Shown: piece by piece, positions 37,488 through 46,828 of the stretch
How positions within the stretch are numbered: position 1 is the first letter of the stretch
Layout: every line of letters starts with the position of its first letter
Virus record (IMG/VR): IMGVR_UViG_3300010885_031309
Source: a virus
Lineage: Duplodnaviria > Caudoviricetes
DNA: 64,000 nucleotides
Reading direction: 5' to 3' (one strand)
Position numbers and translations under genes: made by a program
Notes under the pieces: generated by a model
The model's database searches: none
What the model was told of the DNA's origin: nothing
What the model saw: the letters and a program-made list of their open reading frames with translations, nothing else

Positions 37488-37902
37488 TCTGAGAAAGCTT
37501 AGATAATTTTCTTATTTCCCCTGTCGTCTTATGTTTGGCAGTGATCATCCCTGAATTTACTTTTGAAGCCGCTAACGATGCCGAATATCCGCCACCCGCA
37601 CAGTGCCCATTTAGGTAATTTTTGTTAGCCGGGACTTTCAATTTTTTAAGAACTCTTGACTCTCATGACACGGTTTCTTTTGGGTTATTTCCAAAAACTC
37701 GTCGAATTTCTTTTATATCAGGTTCGCCGTGCTGACTTGTCATCCTTTTGACTAGGGTACTCGATGTATAATACGTCACCCAAAAGTCAGACGGGTCACA
37801 GCCCTTAGCATAGCGGGACCCATAATAATTTATATTCAGTTTTGACCAACCTATTCTGTAGGTGTAACAATTTCTACTGTGGCAATTTTTCTTAGAGGGC
37901 AT
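37488..37902 (-). pseudogene. GIY-YIG-like homing endonuclease with an internal TGA and a truncated end
   Basis: YTYRIGWSKLNINYYGSRYAK...YYTSS..VK; frame continues through the TGA at 37663-37665 as ESRVLKKLKV..KNYLNG; ATAAATA upstream. Confidence 0.75.
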
Positions 37903-37923
37903 AAATTATTTATTACATATCAC

Positions 37924-37951
37924 TTGACAATAAACTTTTTTTCAGTATAAT
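37924..37951 (+). promoter_or_regulatory. Sigma70-type promoter of the RNA ligase gene
   Basis: TTGACA-16 nt-TATAAT. Confidence 0.7.
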
Positions 37952-37980
37952 ACTAAGTATTGAGATTACAAGGATAAATC

Positions 37981-38991
37981 ATGACTGACCGCAAGATGGC
38001 ATGGATTGCCAAAATAGACGAAGTTTCTCCTATTCCTAATGCCGACTCAATTGAGGCATATCGTGTTGGTGGATGGTGGGTAGTAGACAAGAAAAGTGCC
38101 TACAAAGTCAACGACATCTGCGTATATGTTTCCGTTGACAGTTGGGTGCCCACTGAACTAGCACCATTCTTGACCAAAGGTAGTGAGCCACGTGAATACA
38201 ATGGTGTCAAGGGTGAACGTCTGCGTACTGTGCGTTTGAGAAACACTCTATCACAAGGTTTGCTTATTCCTGCACTGGGTACTTTTTCAGAAGGCACGGA
38301 TATGACTGAAGCACTTGGCATCCAAAAGTGGGAAGCACCTGTTCCTGCGCAATTGGCTGGTCAAGTTCGTGGTATGTTCCCTTCGTGGGGTAAGCGGACT
38401 GATGCAGAACGGTGTCAGAATATTACCACAGAAATTACAGAAGCATACAATAATGATGTAAAATTTGAGGTTACCATTAAGTTGGATGGAACTTCAATGT
38501 CTGCGGGGATTGGACCAGATGGTGAATTTCATGTATGTTCACGTAATCTTTCATTGAAACTGGATCAAATTGGAAACACTTATGTTGATGTAGCCAAGAT
38601 GTATAACCTAGAAGACAAGATGCGGTCACTTGGACGACCACTTATGATTTCTGGGGAGTGCCTCGGCGAAGGAATTCAGAAGAACCAGGAAAAGATTAAG
38701 GGGCATGATTTCTATGTGTTTAACATTTGGGACCCTGTTCGCGGAGAATACATTTCAAGTGAAGAGCGTATGATTATTGTACGAGAACTTGGTCTTAAGC
38801 ATGCTCCAGTAATTCATGATTCTGTTACCCTGCGTGATCTAGGATTGGAAACAGTTGAACAGATTTTGAAGTTCGCTGAGGGTCCATCTTTGAATGCAGC
38901 ATCTCGTGAAGGTGTGGTATTTAAGTCAATTGATGGGTCATTTATGTTTAAGGCTGTGAGTAATTCATGGCTAATCAAACATGGAGAGTAA
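37981..38991 (+). CDS. RNA ligase (Rnl2/DRB0094-like, with N-terminal OB-fold)
   Basis: Motif I TIKLDGTS, GEC.GEGIQKN, FYVFNIW, REGVVFK, FKAVSN. Confidence 0.88.
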   Translation: MTDRKMAWIAKIDEVSPIPNADSIEAYRVGGWWVVDKKSAYKVNDICVYVSVDSWVPTELAPFLTKGSEPREYNGVKGERLRTVRLRNTLSQGLLIPALGTFSEGTDMTEALGIQKWEAPVPAQLAGQVRGMFPSWGKRTDAERCQNITTEITEAYNNDVKFEVTIKLDGTSMSAGIGPDGEFHVCSRNLSLKLDQIGNTYVDVAKMYNLEDKMRSLGRPLMISGECLGEGIQKNQEKIKGHDFYVFNIWDPVRGEYISSEERMIIVRELGLKHAPVIHDSVTLRDLGLETVEQILKFAEGPSLNAASREGVVFKSIDGSFMFKAVSNSWLIKHGE

Positions 38992-38993
38992 AC

Positions 38994-39197
38994 ATGCGTG
39001 ATGATGAAAAAACACTGAGTGACTATCCTTTAGGATCCGTGTTCCTTCTGGGAGTGTTTCTGGTTATGGTGTTTTGGGCAGCAGTGTTCCTAGGATGGGC
39101 TGTTGCTCACAACACTGTTGCAAAAGAGTGTCAACGACTTGGTTCATTCTACGTGGGCAACACTGTATATGAGTGTAAAGCAAAGACAGGAGAGTAA
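38994..39197 (+). CDS. Small membrane protein
   Basis: One transmembrane segment; C..LGSFYVG..VYEC. Confidence 0.65.
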   Translation: MRDDEKTLSDYPLGSVFLLGVFLVMVFWAAVFLGWAVAHNTVAKECQRLGSFYVGNTVYECKAKTGE

Positions 39198-39199
39198 AC

Positions 39200-39418
39200 A
39201 TGAGTGAAGATATCCAAGACTCGGGCAGTAGCAAGGCCCGAGCACAATTACAAAAGATTGACGAGCAGATTGCTGCCTACAACCGTAAGGTGTCCAAAGA
39301 GCGCTCTGTTGACATTGAGCGACATTGGCGGGCACGTGCTGAACGCAAGCGTCAATTGATGATCAAGGTGCGTGAACTGTTCACTCAGTCTGAACTTGAT
39401 GATCTTGGATTGTATTGA
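39200..39418 (+). CDS. Coiled-coil hypothetical protein
   Basis: AGGAG ribosome-binding site. Confidence 0.6.
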   Translation: MSEDIQDSGSSKARAQLQKIDEQIAAYNRKVSKERSVDIERHWRARAERKRQLMIKVRELFTQSELDDLGLY

Positions 39419-39505
39419 AAACCCGAATGGCTGATGGATACTTTTTCCAAATAGTCACGCAATAATTTAGATATCTGATATAATATTTGTTCAAAGGAGT
39501 AAATC

Positions 39506-39721
39506 ATGGAAAATGAAGTTCGCGTTGTAAATGGTTATGTTCAAAACAGTGATGGCAAGTGGGTTCTTACTGAAGAAGCAAAGGCAGAATCTAAGGCACT
39601 ATACTACAGTGGTCGTCTTGCATATGACAGGGAAGATACCAGTCATGCTATTGGTCGCTACAATTCCATTGGCGAAGTTATTCCGTTCAAGCCCTGGCCA
39701 TCCAAGTCCGTCGTTGAGTAA
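39506..39721 (+). CDS. Hypothetical protein
   Basis: AAGGAG ribosome-binding site. Confidence 0.65.
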   Translation: MENEVRVVNGYVQNSDGKWVLTEEAKAESKALYYSGRLAYDREDTSHAIGRYNSIGEVIPFKPWPSKSVVE

Positions 39722-39735
39722 ACGCTGACGCAATC

Positions 39736-40143
39736 ATGGGACTAGATCAATACGCATATGTCGCGGCCCGAGCCGACACAGAACATGGTGATCTCAGTAG
39801 GCGAGAATTGGCTTACTGGAGGAAACATCCGAACCTTCAAGGATGGATGGAGCGACTTTGGCTTAAAAAACTTGATGTGCCCAATAACGAAGGTGATCGG
39901 TTTATTGAATATAATTATCCGCCGCAAGATTTCAATTGTGTTGAACTCCAACTAAGTTGGGATGATATTGACAGACTTGAAAAGGATATTCTGTCCGGTG
40001 TGGTAGCTAAACTGGATACGCGAGGATTCTTTTTTGGTAATCATAGCGATTATCACTACCGTGAATATGATTTGAAATTTTGCAGAACGGCTAAAGCAGA
40101 GTTGTTTACTGGTCTAAAAGTATTTTATAATTCAAGTTGGTAA
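39736..40143 (+). CDS. Hypothetical phage protein
   Basis: MGLDQY...YWRKHPNLQGWM...GFFFG...YNSSW. Confidence 0.75.
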   Translation: MGLDQYAYVAARADTEHGDLSRRELAYWRKHPNLQGWMERLWLKKLDVPNNEGDRFIEYNYPPQDFNCVELQLSWDDIDRLEKDILSGVVAKLDTRGFFFGNHSDYHYREYDLKFCRTAKAELFTGLKVFYNSSW

Positions 40144-40148
40144 CTAAA

Positions 40149-40487
40149 ATGGCTGGATATAGTCTTGTTCGCAAAGTGCATGAACTAGAAGAACGCTGTG
40201 AGAGATTGGGTTTTATGATGTGTCCTAGCAGGCATAATTATACAGATTCAGTAGCGGTAATTCCCAAGTGTGCGAATAGTCTGCCAATCTATAGTCGCGA
40301 TGCTGAATTGTTTGTGGGCACACTTGAACAACTTGAAGTCTGGATACACGGCATTGAGTGGGCACGAGATTATGACAGAATGATTAAGTTAAGTGATAAT
40401 ACCAAGCGTGAGCGCAAAGAACAGGATGAACGAAATCGCATATTAGTTTCTATCTTGCGCGATGAAGAAATAAAAATTAAGGAGTAG
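40149..40487 (+). CDS. Hypothetical protein
   Basis: ORF in a co-oriented cluster. Confidence 0.65.
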   Translation: MAGYSLVRKVHELEERCERLGFMMCPSRHNYTDSVAVIPKCANSLPIYSRDAELFVGTLEQLEVWIHGIEWARDYDRMIKLSDNTKRERKEQDERNRILVSILRDEEIKIKE

Positions 40488-40585
40488 TGATGAATTATAA
40501 ATATCATTGCGAGATATTACTTTTAGTGAAGGCGAACGTTGAACTAGCACAATGAAAAATGGTACACCAATTAGTGTACTACGTG

Positions 40586-40620
40586 CTGATGATTCGGATG
40601 ATTACAAAGAATTTTGGATT
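40586..40620 (+). repeat. 35-bp direct repeat, copy 1
   Basis: CTGATGATTCGGATGATTACAAAGAATTTTGGATT; 33/35 identical to copy 2. Confidence 0.9.
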
Positions 40621-40672
40621 AATCTTGGTTGAAAACTAATTTAATTCATTTAAATATTTTTAGGAGAAACAT

Positions 40673-40933
40673 ATGGACTACTTATTAGGTTCTATTATTT
40701 GGTTAACATTTCAGTGGGCTCCCGTGGGCACCATGCTTGCAGAAGGTCAATGTTTAAGTATTGCTCAAAATGCAGCATTATATAGTTTAGTGGGCAATAG
40801 ATACGGTGGTGATGGTCGTCAGACATTCTGTGTACCAGATCTACGTCCAAAAAATCAAAATGGACAAGCTGACTGGGGTAATGGTCCTCGTGCAGTAATT
40901 GTCACTAGCGGTATATATCCAAGTCGTCCTTGA
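40673..40933 (+). CDS. Stand-alone phage tail collar domain protein
   Basis: LGSIIW...WAPVG.ML.EGQ.LSI.QN.ALYSLVG.RYGGDG.QTF.VPDLR. Confidence 0.85.
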   Translation: MDYLLGSIIWLTFQWAPVGTMLAEGQCLSIAQNAALYSLVGNRYGGDGRQTFCVPDLRPKNQNGQADWGNGPRAVIVTSGIYPSRP

Positions 40934-41016
40934 TAGAGTAGAAAAACAATCTCTATTATAGAGATAAAGTTATTAATCATTATTAAAATCCCATAAATGT
41001 TGATACTTTGATAAGT

Positions 41017-41051
41017 CTGATGATTCAGATGATTACAAAGAATTTTGAATT
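41017..41051 (+). repeat. 35-bp direct repeat, copy 2
   Basis: CTGATGATTCAGATGATTACAAAGAATTTTGAATT. Confidence 0.9.
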
Positions 41052-41087
41052 GATCTGTACTAACCGTTCTAAAAATTAGGAATAGTA

Positions 41088-41504
41088 ATGAATGAAATTG
41101 TAGATAGCTCAGCGGGCACAGTGTCTGAATGGAATGATGAACAATGGGCAAATTTCAAGTACTGGCTGAAAAATTTGCTACACAATGAGATTGTAGAGTT
41201 GGTTTTTATCAAAAGTGATGGAACTCAGCGAGTAATGAAGTGTACGCTTGATGCTCTAATACTAACTTCTGGTGTAATGCTGTTAGAAGAAAAGCGAGTC
41301 AGTAAGTCAGAAACTACTGGTCAATCTGAGCCAAAAAAGTCTCGTCCTAAACCAAGAGAAAACAAAGAAAATATCACAGTGTGGGATGTAGAAGCTGAAG
41401 ACTGGCGTAGTTTTAAAGTCCGCAGTCTAACGAATATTTTGACGCTAATTATTAAATATGATTATCGTGAGCCTAGCGTAGACGAATTTGAGGTAGCATT
41501 CTAA
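41088..41504 (+). CDS. WYL_2/DUF2693-like Sm/SH3-fold protein
   Basis: VFIKSDGTQRVMKCTL...VWDVEAEDWRSFK. Confidence 0.7.
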   Translation: MNEIVDSSAGTVSEWNDEQWANFKYWLKNLLHNEIVELVFIKSDGTQRVMKCTLDALILTSGVMLLEEKRVSKSETTGQSEPKKSRPKPRENKENITVWDVEAEDWRSFKVRSLTNILTLIIKYDYREPSVDEFEVAF

Positions 41505-42133
41505 TGAAACAAGAACTAGATAAACAACTTTGTGAAAAGTATCCAAAGATTTTTGTGAATCGTCACGCGGATATGCGCGTCACAGCTATGTGCTGGGGGT
41601 TCGAGCACGGTCCCGGATGGTACAATATTATTGATCGACTGTGCTCGAATATTCAAGGGCATATTGACTATTCACGAAAAGAACGAGCCCGTGTATTGAG
41701 ATACAATCGTGCATTGAAACGTGCATTGAATGGTGATGTAGCTGCGCTAGAACGGTATTACATGTATCCTGGTAATAAGAAATGGACTAAGTGGGCTGAA
41801 GAACGTACAGCAGAGGACCTATTGAAGCCTGTATTCAAGACCGTTCCTGAAGCTGTTCCACAAGTTGTTGCCGAACAAGTAAAAGAAAAGTTCGGTGGTC
41901 TACGTTTTTATTACCGTGGCGGCAATGATGTTATTGACGGTATGCTTCAAATGGCAGAATCTATGTCATATGTAACTTGTGAAGAATGCGGCAGCCCTGC
42001 TAAATCTACTACAGACGGTTGGATTGTTACAAACTGTCAATCATGTACTGATTCACGCGAAGAACGTAGACAAAGAGAACTAGCTGAATATAACGATAAA
42101 CACAAGGCTGAATACGAAAAAACAAATCAGTAG
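41504..42133 (+). CDS. Hypothetical phage protein
   Basis: GFEHGPGWY..I; QVKEKFGGLRFY; CEECG. Confidence 0.75.
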   Translation: MKQELDKQLCEKYPKIFVNRHADMRVTAMCWGFEHGPGWYNIIDRLCSNIQGHIDYSRKERARVLRYNRALKRALNGDVAALERYYMYPGNKKWTKWAEERTAEDLLKPVFKTVPEAVPQVVAEQVKEKFGGLRFYYRGGNDVIDGMLQMAESMSYVTCEECGSPAKSTTDGWIVTNCQSCTDSREERRQRELAEYNDKHKAEYEKTNQ

Positions 42134-42159
42134 CACTCTTGGTCAAAGCTATCATGTAG

Positions 42160-42188
42160 TTGACAATAATTCTAACAAGTGTTATACT
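42160..42188 (+). promoter_or_regulatory. Sigma70-type promoter of the DNA ligase gene
   Basis: TTGACA-17 nt-TATACT. Confidence 0.75.
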
Positions 42189-42213
42189 CTAATCTTAATA
42201 TATAGGAGTAATC

Positions 42214-43539
42214 ATGCCTGCACAATGGATTGAACGACTAAATGCTTCAGATAGTCGTCTACATAAAGAAGATGTACTTAAGCAGGCTCTGACTGCTGCC
42301 ACACTGGGTGATTATGGAAGTCAAGTGTTTCTTGGTCTTACAAACGCGGCATATAATCCAATGATTACTTGGGGAATCAAGCAAGTACCCAACACGGTTG
42401 GAATTGTTGATGCGGAAAACCCATGGGATGACTTCAATGCTCTACTGAATGATCTTAGATTGCGTGTACTCACGGGTAACGCGGCACGAGACGCTATCTC
42501 AAGTATGAGTCAGCGTTTCAACAGTAATGATTGGAACGATTTTTGTGCAGCAGTTCTACGCAAAGACTTGCGCTCTGGAATCAGTGATAAAACTATCAAT
42601 AAAGTTTGTAAGGGCACTAATTATCAAGTTCCGGTGTTCTCTTGTCAATTGGCAACCAGTTGTGAGGATCGCCCAGAAATGCGCGGTCCAAAGCGTCTTG
42701 AGCCTAAACTGGATGGTGTTCGCGTACTCATGCTATGTACTATTAGTGATGATGGCGGCCGATTGGTCACTAGCTACAGTAGAAATGGAAAAGTATTTGA
42801 AAACTTTGGACATATTGAAGAACAATTGATGTCAGTTATGGAACCGCTATCTGTTAAGACTGGTTGTACTAGCTTTGTGCTGGATGGAGAGGTTGTAGGA
42901 AATACATTTCAAGAATTGATGAAGCAAGCCAGACGCAAAGAAAATGTTCAGGCTACTGATAGTACATTTCATGTGTTTGACTTTATTCCACTCACAGACT
43001 TTATTAATGGATACTGGAACGCTAAGCTTAGCAAGCGACTGCTAGTTTTGGAAAAAATTCGCAGCGTTATTGAAAATCTCACAAGTGTAAAATTACTATC
43101 GCATATCAAGGTTGATCTTGATACTGCATCTGGACGAGAACAGTTAGACCGTTATGCCAATGATTGCGTTGCTCAAGGATTTGAAGGAATCATGATCAAA
43201 AATCTTGATGCTCCTTATGAGTGTAAACGCAACACATTCTGGCTAAAATGGAAACCTACCATTACTGTAGATCTGAAAGTAATTGACATTGAAGAGGGAA
43301 CTGGTAGAAATATTGATCGTATGGGAGCATTGGTATGTTCTGGAACTGATCAAGATAAACAGATTTCGGTAAATGTCGGTAGTGGTTTTAGCGATGAGCA
43401 GCGACATGATTTTTGGATCAATCGTAATTTTGTAATTGGTCAAACGGCCGAGATTCTTGCTGATGCTGTAACAAGAAATCAGGATGGTACATATTCACTT
43501 CGGTTTCCCCGTTTTTTTAGATTTCGTGAGGATAAATGA
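42214..43539 (+). CDS. lig: ATP-dependent DNA ligase
   Basis: EPKLDGVR, LDGEV, FHVFDFI, EGIMIK, WLKWK, VGSGFSD, LRFPRF. Confidence 0.95.
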   Translation: MPAQWIERLNASDSRLHKEDVLKQALTAATLGDYGSQVFLGLTNAAYNPMITWGIKQVPNTVGIVDAENPWDDFNALLNDLRLRVLTGNAARDAISSMSQRFNSNDWNDFCAAVLRKDLRSGISDKTINKVCKGTNYQVPVFSCQLATSCEDRPEMRGPKRLEPKLDGVRVLMLCTISDDGGRLVTSYSRNGKVFENFGHIEEQLMSVMEPLSVKTGCTSFVLDGEVVGNTFQELMKQARRKENVQATDSTFHVFDFIPLTDFINGYWNAKLSKRLLVLEKIRSVIENLTSVKLLSHIKVDLDTASGREQLDRYANDCVAQGFEGIMIKNLDAPYECKRNTFWLKWKPTITVDLKVIDIEEGTGRNIDRMGALVCSGTDQDKQISVNVGSGFSDEQRHDFWINRNFVIGQTAEILADAVTRNQDGTYSLRFPRFFRFREDK

Positions 43540-43784
43540 TGCATAATCGTAATGGTGTTGAATACAGTTTTGAAAAGGTAGGTAAGAATACTTACACTAT
43601 CAAGGGCGCTCTTGAGTATTGGCGATATGGTGGTCAGGAAGGTCAGGATAGAATTGACTACAATAATCTAGGATTTGTTGATCCCAGCGGCGGCCCTTTC
43701 ATCAGTGTGGGATATCCAATTGATGGACGCAAAGTTGTTCGTATCAGTATGGCAGAAGATCAGCTACACTTTGAGGTAGAATAA
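43536..43784 (+). CDS. Hypothetical protein
   Basis: FVDPSGGPFISVG; coupled ORF. Confidence 0.65.
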   Translation: MMHNRNGVEYSFEKVGKNTYTIKGALEYWRYGGQEGQDRIDYNNLGFVDPSGGPFISVGYPIDGRKVVRISMAEDQLHFEVE

Positions 43785-43880
43785 TGAAACTAATAAATGA
43801 TAAGTCAAAGACTTATCCAAATATATTGAAGTTAAATCACTCTATGTTTTATAATTGTGTTTCAATAACGGGAGATTTTA

Positions 43881-44126
43881 GTGAGCAAATTTAATACCTG
43901 GTTAGTAGAAAGTCTGGATCTTTTGAATAAGATTTTAGCTGGAATATTCCTAGCACTAGGAACATTCAAGTTTATTGATACTGTAGCAGACAATTTAATT
44001 GGTGCGGTGTTTGAGTCATTGACTATTGTGGGTGTTGGAATTCTAACTTGCGGATACATTGCACTAATGATTAACATTAATAACAATGTAGAAGCAATTC
44101 GCAATAAAATTCATGGAAGTGAGTAA
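43881..44126 (+). CDS. Two-helix membrane protein
   Basis: Two transmembrane segments; GGAG ribosome-binding site. Confidence 0.6.
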   Translation: MSKFNTWLVESLDLLNKILAGIFLALGTFKFIDTVADNLIGAVFESLTIVGVGILTCGYIALMININNNVEAIRNKIHGSE

Positions 44127-44130
44127 TAAA

Positions 44131-44418
44131 ATGCCATTATTCGTAGTTGAAACAATTCAAACATTTCGCCATCGGTATGTAGTAGAATGCAAGTCATTGG
44201 ATCATGCGTATGATACAGTGGCAATGGAGGAGGCAGATGAATTTAGTCAAATGCATCTAGGTGAACAGATCGTCACTGGTCGTGAGATTACTCAGGAACA
44301 ATTTCATGCTATGAACGAATCACTGAAAATTCACGGTGACGGAACACATTATCGGCCAGAACGTGGCAGTCCATGGATGGGTGAAAAGATGATTCACGTG
44401 GTAGAGTATGATCAATGA
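44131..44418 (+). CDS. Hypothetical protein
   Basis: VVETIQTFRHRYVV...EFSQMHLGE.I. Confidence 0.7.
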   Translation: MPLFVVETIQTFRHRYVVECKSLDHAYDTVAMEEADEFSQMHLGEQIVTGREITQEQFHAMNESLKIHGDGTHYRPERGSPWMGEKMIHVVEYDQ

Positions 44419-44520
44419 CTGAGAAATCGTTGAACTTGAAATGATTGTCAAGTACATCAGGCAAATAATTGATGTAGTTGATCCAAAGAAAATTGTTGAA
44501 ATTCTAGCGAGGTAACCATA

Positions 44521-44757
44521 ATGGGACAATATAGATCTATTACAGTAGAAGCAGAAGTTAATCTGGATGAGTTTGACACGGAAGACCTAATTGAAGAACT
44601 AGAAAGTCGCGGCGTGGACTACAACACTAAAGGTGTTGATGCCTATGAAATGCGTGAACTTCTAGAGCAGATTTGGCTAAAGCGCCGAAATGGTCGCACT
44701 GACTACCAGCGTGACTTGGATGATTTGATTTGGGGCGTTTTGGGAAAAATGGCGTGA
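44521..44757 (+). CDS. Hypothetical protein
   Basis: GAGG ribosome-binding site; acidic. Confidence 0.65.
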   Translation: MGQYRSITVEAEVNLDEFDTEDLIEELESRGVDYNTKGVDAYEMRELLEQIWLKRRNGRTDYQRDLDDLIWGVLGKMA

Positions 44758-45212
44758 AGAAAACTTTTTATGAAAAAGTAGGCAACAAGTATGTCCCAGT
44801 CCGAGAATATGACTCGGATTTTTCTTCTGCTTTTCCCGCTGGATCTCATCTTGTTGTAAGTGGTCCAGGCTATGGTCTAACACGATACAATATTGATCCG
44901 GCTTTTGCTCCACTGGTGGCTGCTGGTACTTTTGCCACTGATAAAATCGCCTCTAAGATTTCAGAAGCAAGTAGTTTGCGGCTGAGTAGTGAAATTCGTC
45001 GCGATGAGATTACACTAGAACAACGGTCAGCCTGGGAACATCTAGTGGACGTGTTCGGAGATTCTGCAAAAAGATTGGAGTGGCCTTCTACAATGGAGGC
45101 CGCTGAAGCCGGCGTAAATGCTCTGATTGAAGAAGCTAACAAAAAATTACAACATCCAGAAGTTAAAAAGGCATATGAGCAGTTTCTCCTAGTGTATAGT
45201 CTAGCAAAGTAG
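44754..45212 (+). CDS. Hypothetical protein
   Basis: GTGA-coupled start MKKTFYEK. Confidence 0.7.
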   Translation: MKKTFYEKVGNKYVPVREYDSDFSSAFPAGSHLVVSGPGYGLTRYNIDPAFAPLVAAGTFATDKIASKISEASSLRLSSEIRRDEITLEQRSAWEHLVDVFGDSAKRLEWPSTMEAAEAGVNALIEEANKKLQHPEVKKAYEQFLLVYSLAK

Positions 45213-45250
45213 TCTAGCGATGCTAGGTATTTTTTCGCTAAATACTGTCT

Positions 45251-46804
45251 ATGATTGAAAAATATTTTTCTTTAAGTACCTTTACTCTACTAGTGGCACT
45301 GTGTATCAGTGCCATTGCCGCTTGGTACAGTGTGGCTGGTCTAGCAACTATATTTGCCGGCGCTGTTGTTCCTATTATTATCATGGGAACAATTCTTGAA
45401 ATCGCGAAAATAACCACTACTGTGTGGTTACATAAGTATTGGAATTACGCTAGTGTAGTAATTAAAACTTATCTTACTGCTGCTGTAATAATACTGGCGT
45501 TTTTGACTAGTATGGGAATATTTGGATTTTTATCAAAATCACATAGTGACACTGGAGTAACCGGCGGTGATGTAGCAGCACAAATTGCAATGCTTGACGA
45601 AAAAATAAAAACACAGCGTGACAATATTGACACTGTACGCCGAGCACTACAGCAAATGGACGATCAGGTAAATCAACGACTGGCGCGCAGTGATAACGAA
45701 CAAGGAGCAGAACGTGCAGTGCAAATTCGCAGGCAACAATCTCCAGAAAGAGCAAAGCTGCAAAAAGAAATCGCAGATGCACAGGCAATCATATCTAAAC
45801 TCAACGAAGAAAGAGCACCTATCGCGGCAAATCAACGAAAAGTTGAAGCGGATATCGGCCCAATAAAATATATAGCTGCTCTAATATATGGTGATAATCC
45901 AGATTCCAACTTATTAGAGCGCTCAGTTCGTTGGGTTATCATAGTCATAGTAATTGTGTTTGATCCGTTGGCAATAATATTGATTCTTGCTGCAAACAGT
46001 AGTCTAAAAATTGACAGTGAGCGAAAAAATAAAACCGAGACAACTGATAGCAGTACTGTTACTACAACAGAAACAGTGACAGTTTCTCAGAAAGAGATAG
46101 AAATCTCAGCGGTTTCAGAAGAAATCTTAGATGACAAAGTTAAATCAACGAACAATTTTAATCTGAGTGATTACCCATATCTGTTCAAAACACCAGAATC
46201 TAGACATCCTCCTGGAGTTGAACCAGTTTTGCCTCAAGTGTATAAAGATACAAAATCAATAGTTGTTACGGACAACACGCTTGATTATGCTCAGGCTCAA
46301 TATGATACCAAGTACACACTAAATCCAACTACGATTAAATTAGAAGAAGTAACCGATGAAACTAATATCAATGATATCAAACAAATTCATGAGACTGATA
46401 GTACAGATGATTTAGTGGAAACAGTTGAAAAACCGCGATTTGATGAAAATCAAGAATATGTACATTTTGATGGGAAACTAACAAGTATCAAAGCTCTCAA
46501 GGAGACTCGTCCTGATTTGATAGTAAAAGATAAAAATAGTTCTATAATAAATTTTGGTTCAAAGTTTCCACAATATGCTTTTAGTGGAGAGTTCTGTATA
46601 AGAACTGACACCAAGCCGCATAAGATGTACAAATTTGAATCTAAGAAATGGGTAAATGTTGATAAAAATGCTGTAACAATCTATTTACAAAATGTTCAGT
46701 ATATAAGATACTTGATCAATCAAATAGAAGCTGGAGAGTATCATCTAGACTATCTAACAGATAGTGAGCAGCATGAAATTACTAATTATCTCAATCGTAA
46801 CTAA
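45251..46804 (+). CDS. Membrane-anchored coiled-coil protein
   Basis: N-terminal transmembrane helices, long coiled coil, IVIVFDPLAI transmembrane segment. Confidence 0.75.
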   Translation: MIEKYFSLSTFTLLVALCISAIAAWYSVAGLATIFAGAVVPIIIMGTILEIAKITTTVWLHKYWNYASVVIKTYLTAAVIILAFLTSMGIFGFLSKSHSDTGVTGGDVAAQIAMLDEKIKTQRDNIDTVRRALQQMDDQVNQRLARSDNEQGAERAVQIRRQQSPERAKLQKEIADAQAIISKLNEERAPIAANQRKVEADIGPIKYIAALIYGDNPDSNLLERSVRWVIIVIVIVFDPLAIILILAANSSLKIDSERKNKTETTDSSTVTTTETVTVSQKEIEISAVSEEILDDKVKSTNNFNLSDYPYLFKTPESRHPPGVEPVLPQVYKDTKSIVVTDNTLDYAQAQYDTKYTLNPTTIKLEEVTDETNINDIKQIHETDSTDDLVETVEKPRFDENQEYVHFDGKLTSIKALKETRPDLIVKDKNSSIINFGSKFPQYAFSGEFCIRTDTKPHKMYKFESKKWVNVDKNAVTIYLQNVQYIRYLINQIEAGEYHLDYLTDSEQHEITNYLNRN

Positions 46805-46828
46805 ATATCTATATAATAAATCAAATTC

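Noticed and set aside
37663-41048. TGA-to-Trp recoding, suggested by TGA at apparent Trp positions (37663-37665, 41046-41048 and possibly 40540-40542)
   Set aside because: Many intact genes end in TGA with ATGA or GTGA coupling and TGG is used normally. The three cases lie in decaying sequence and are simple TGG>TGA transitions.
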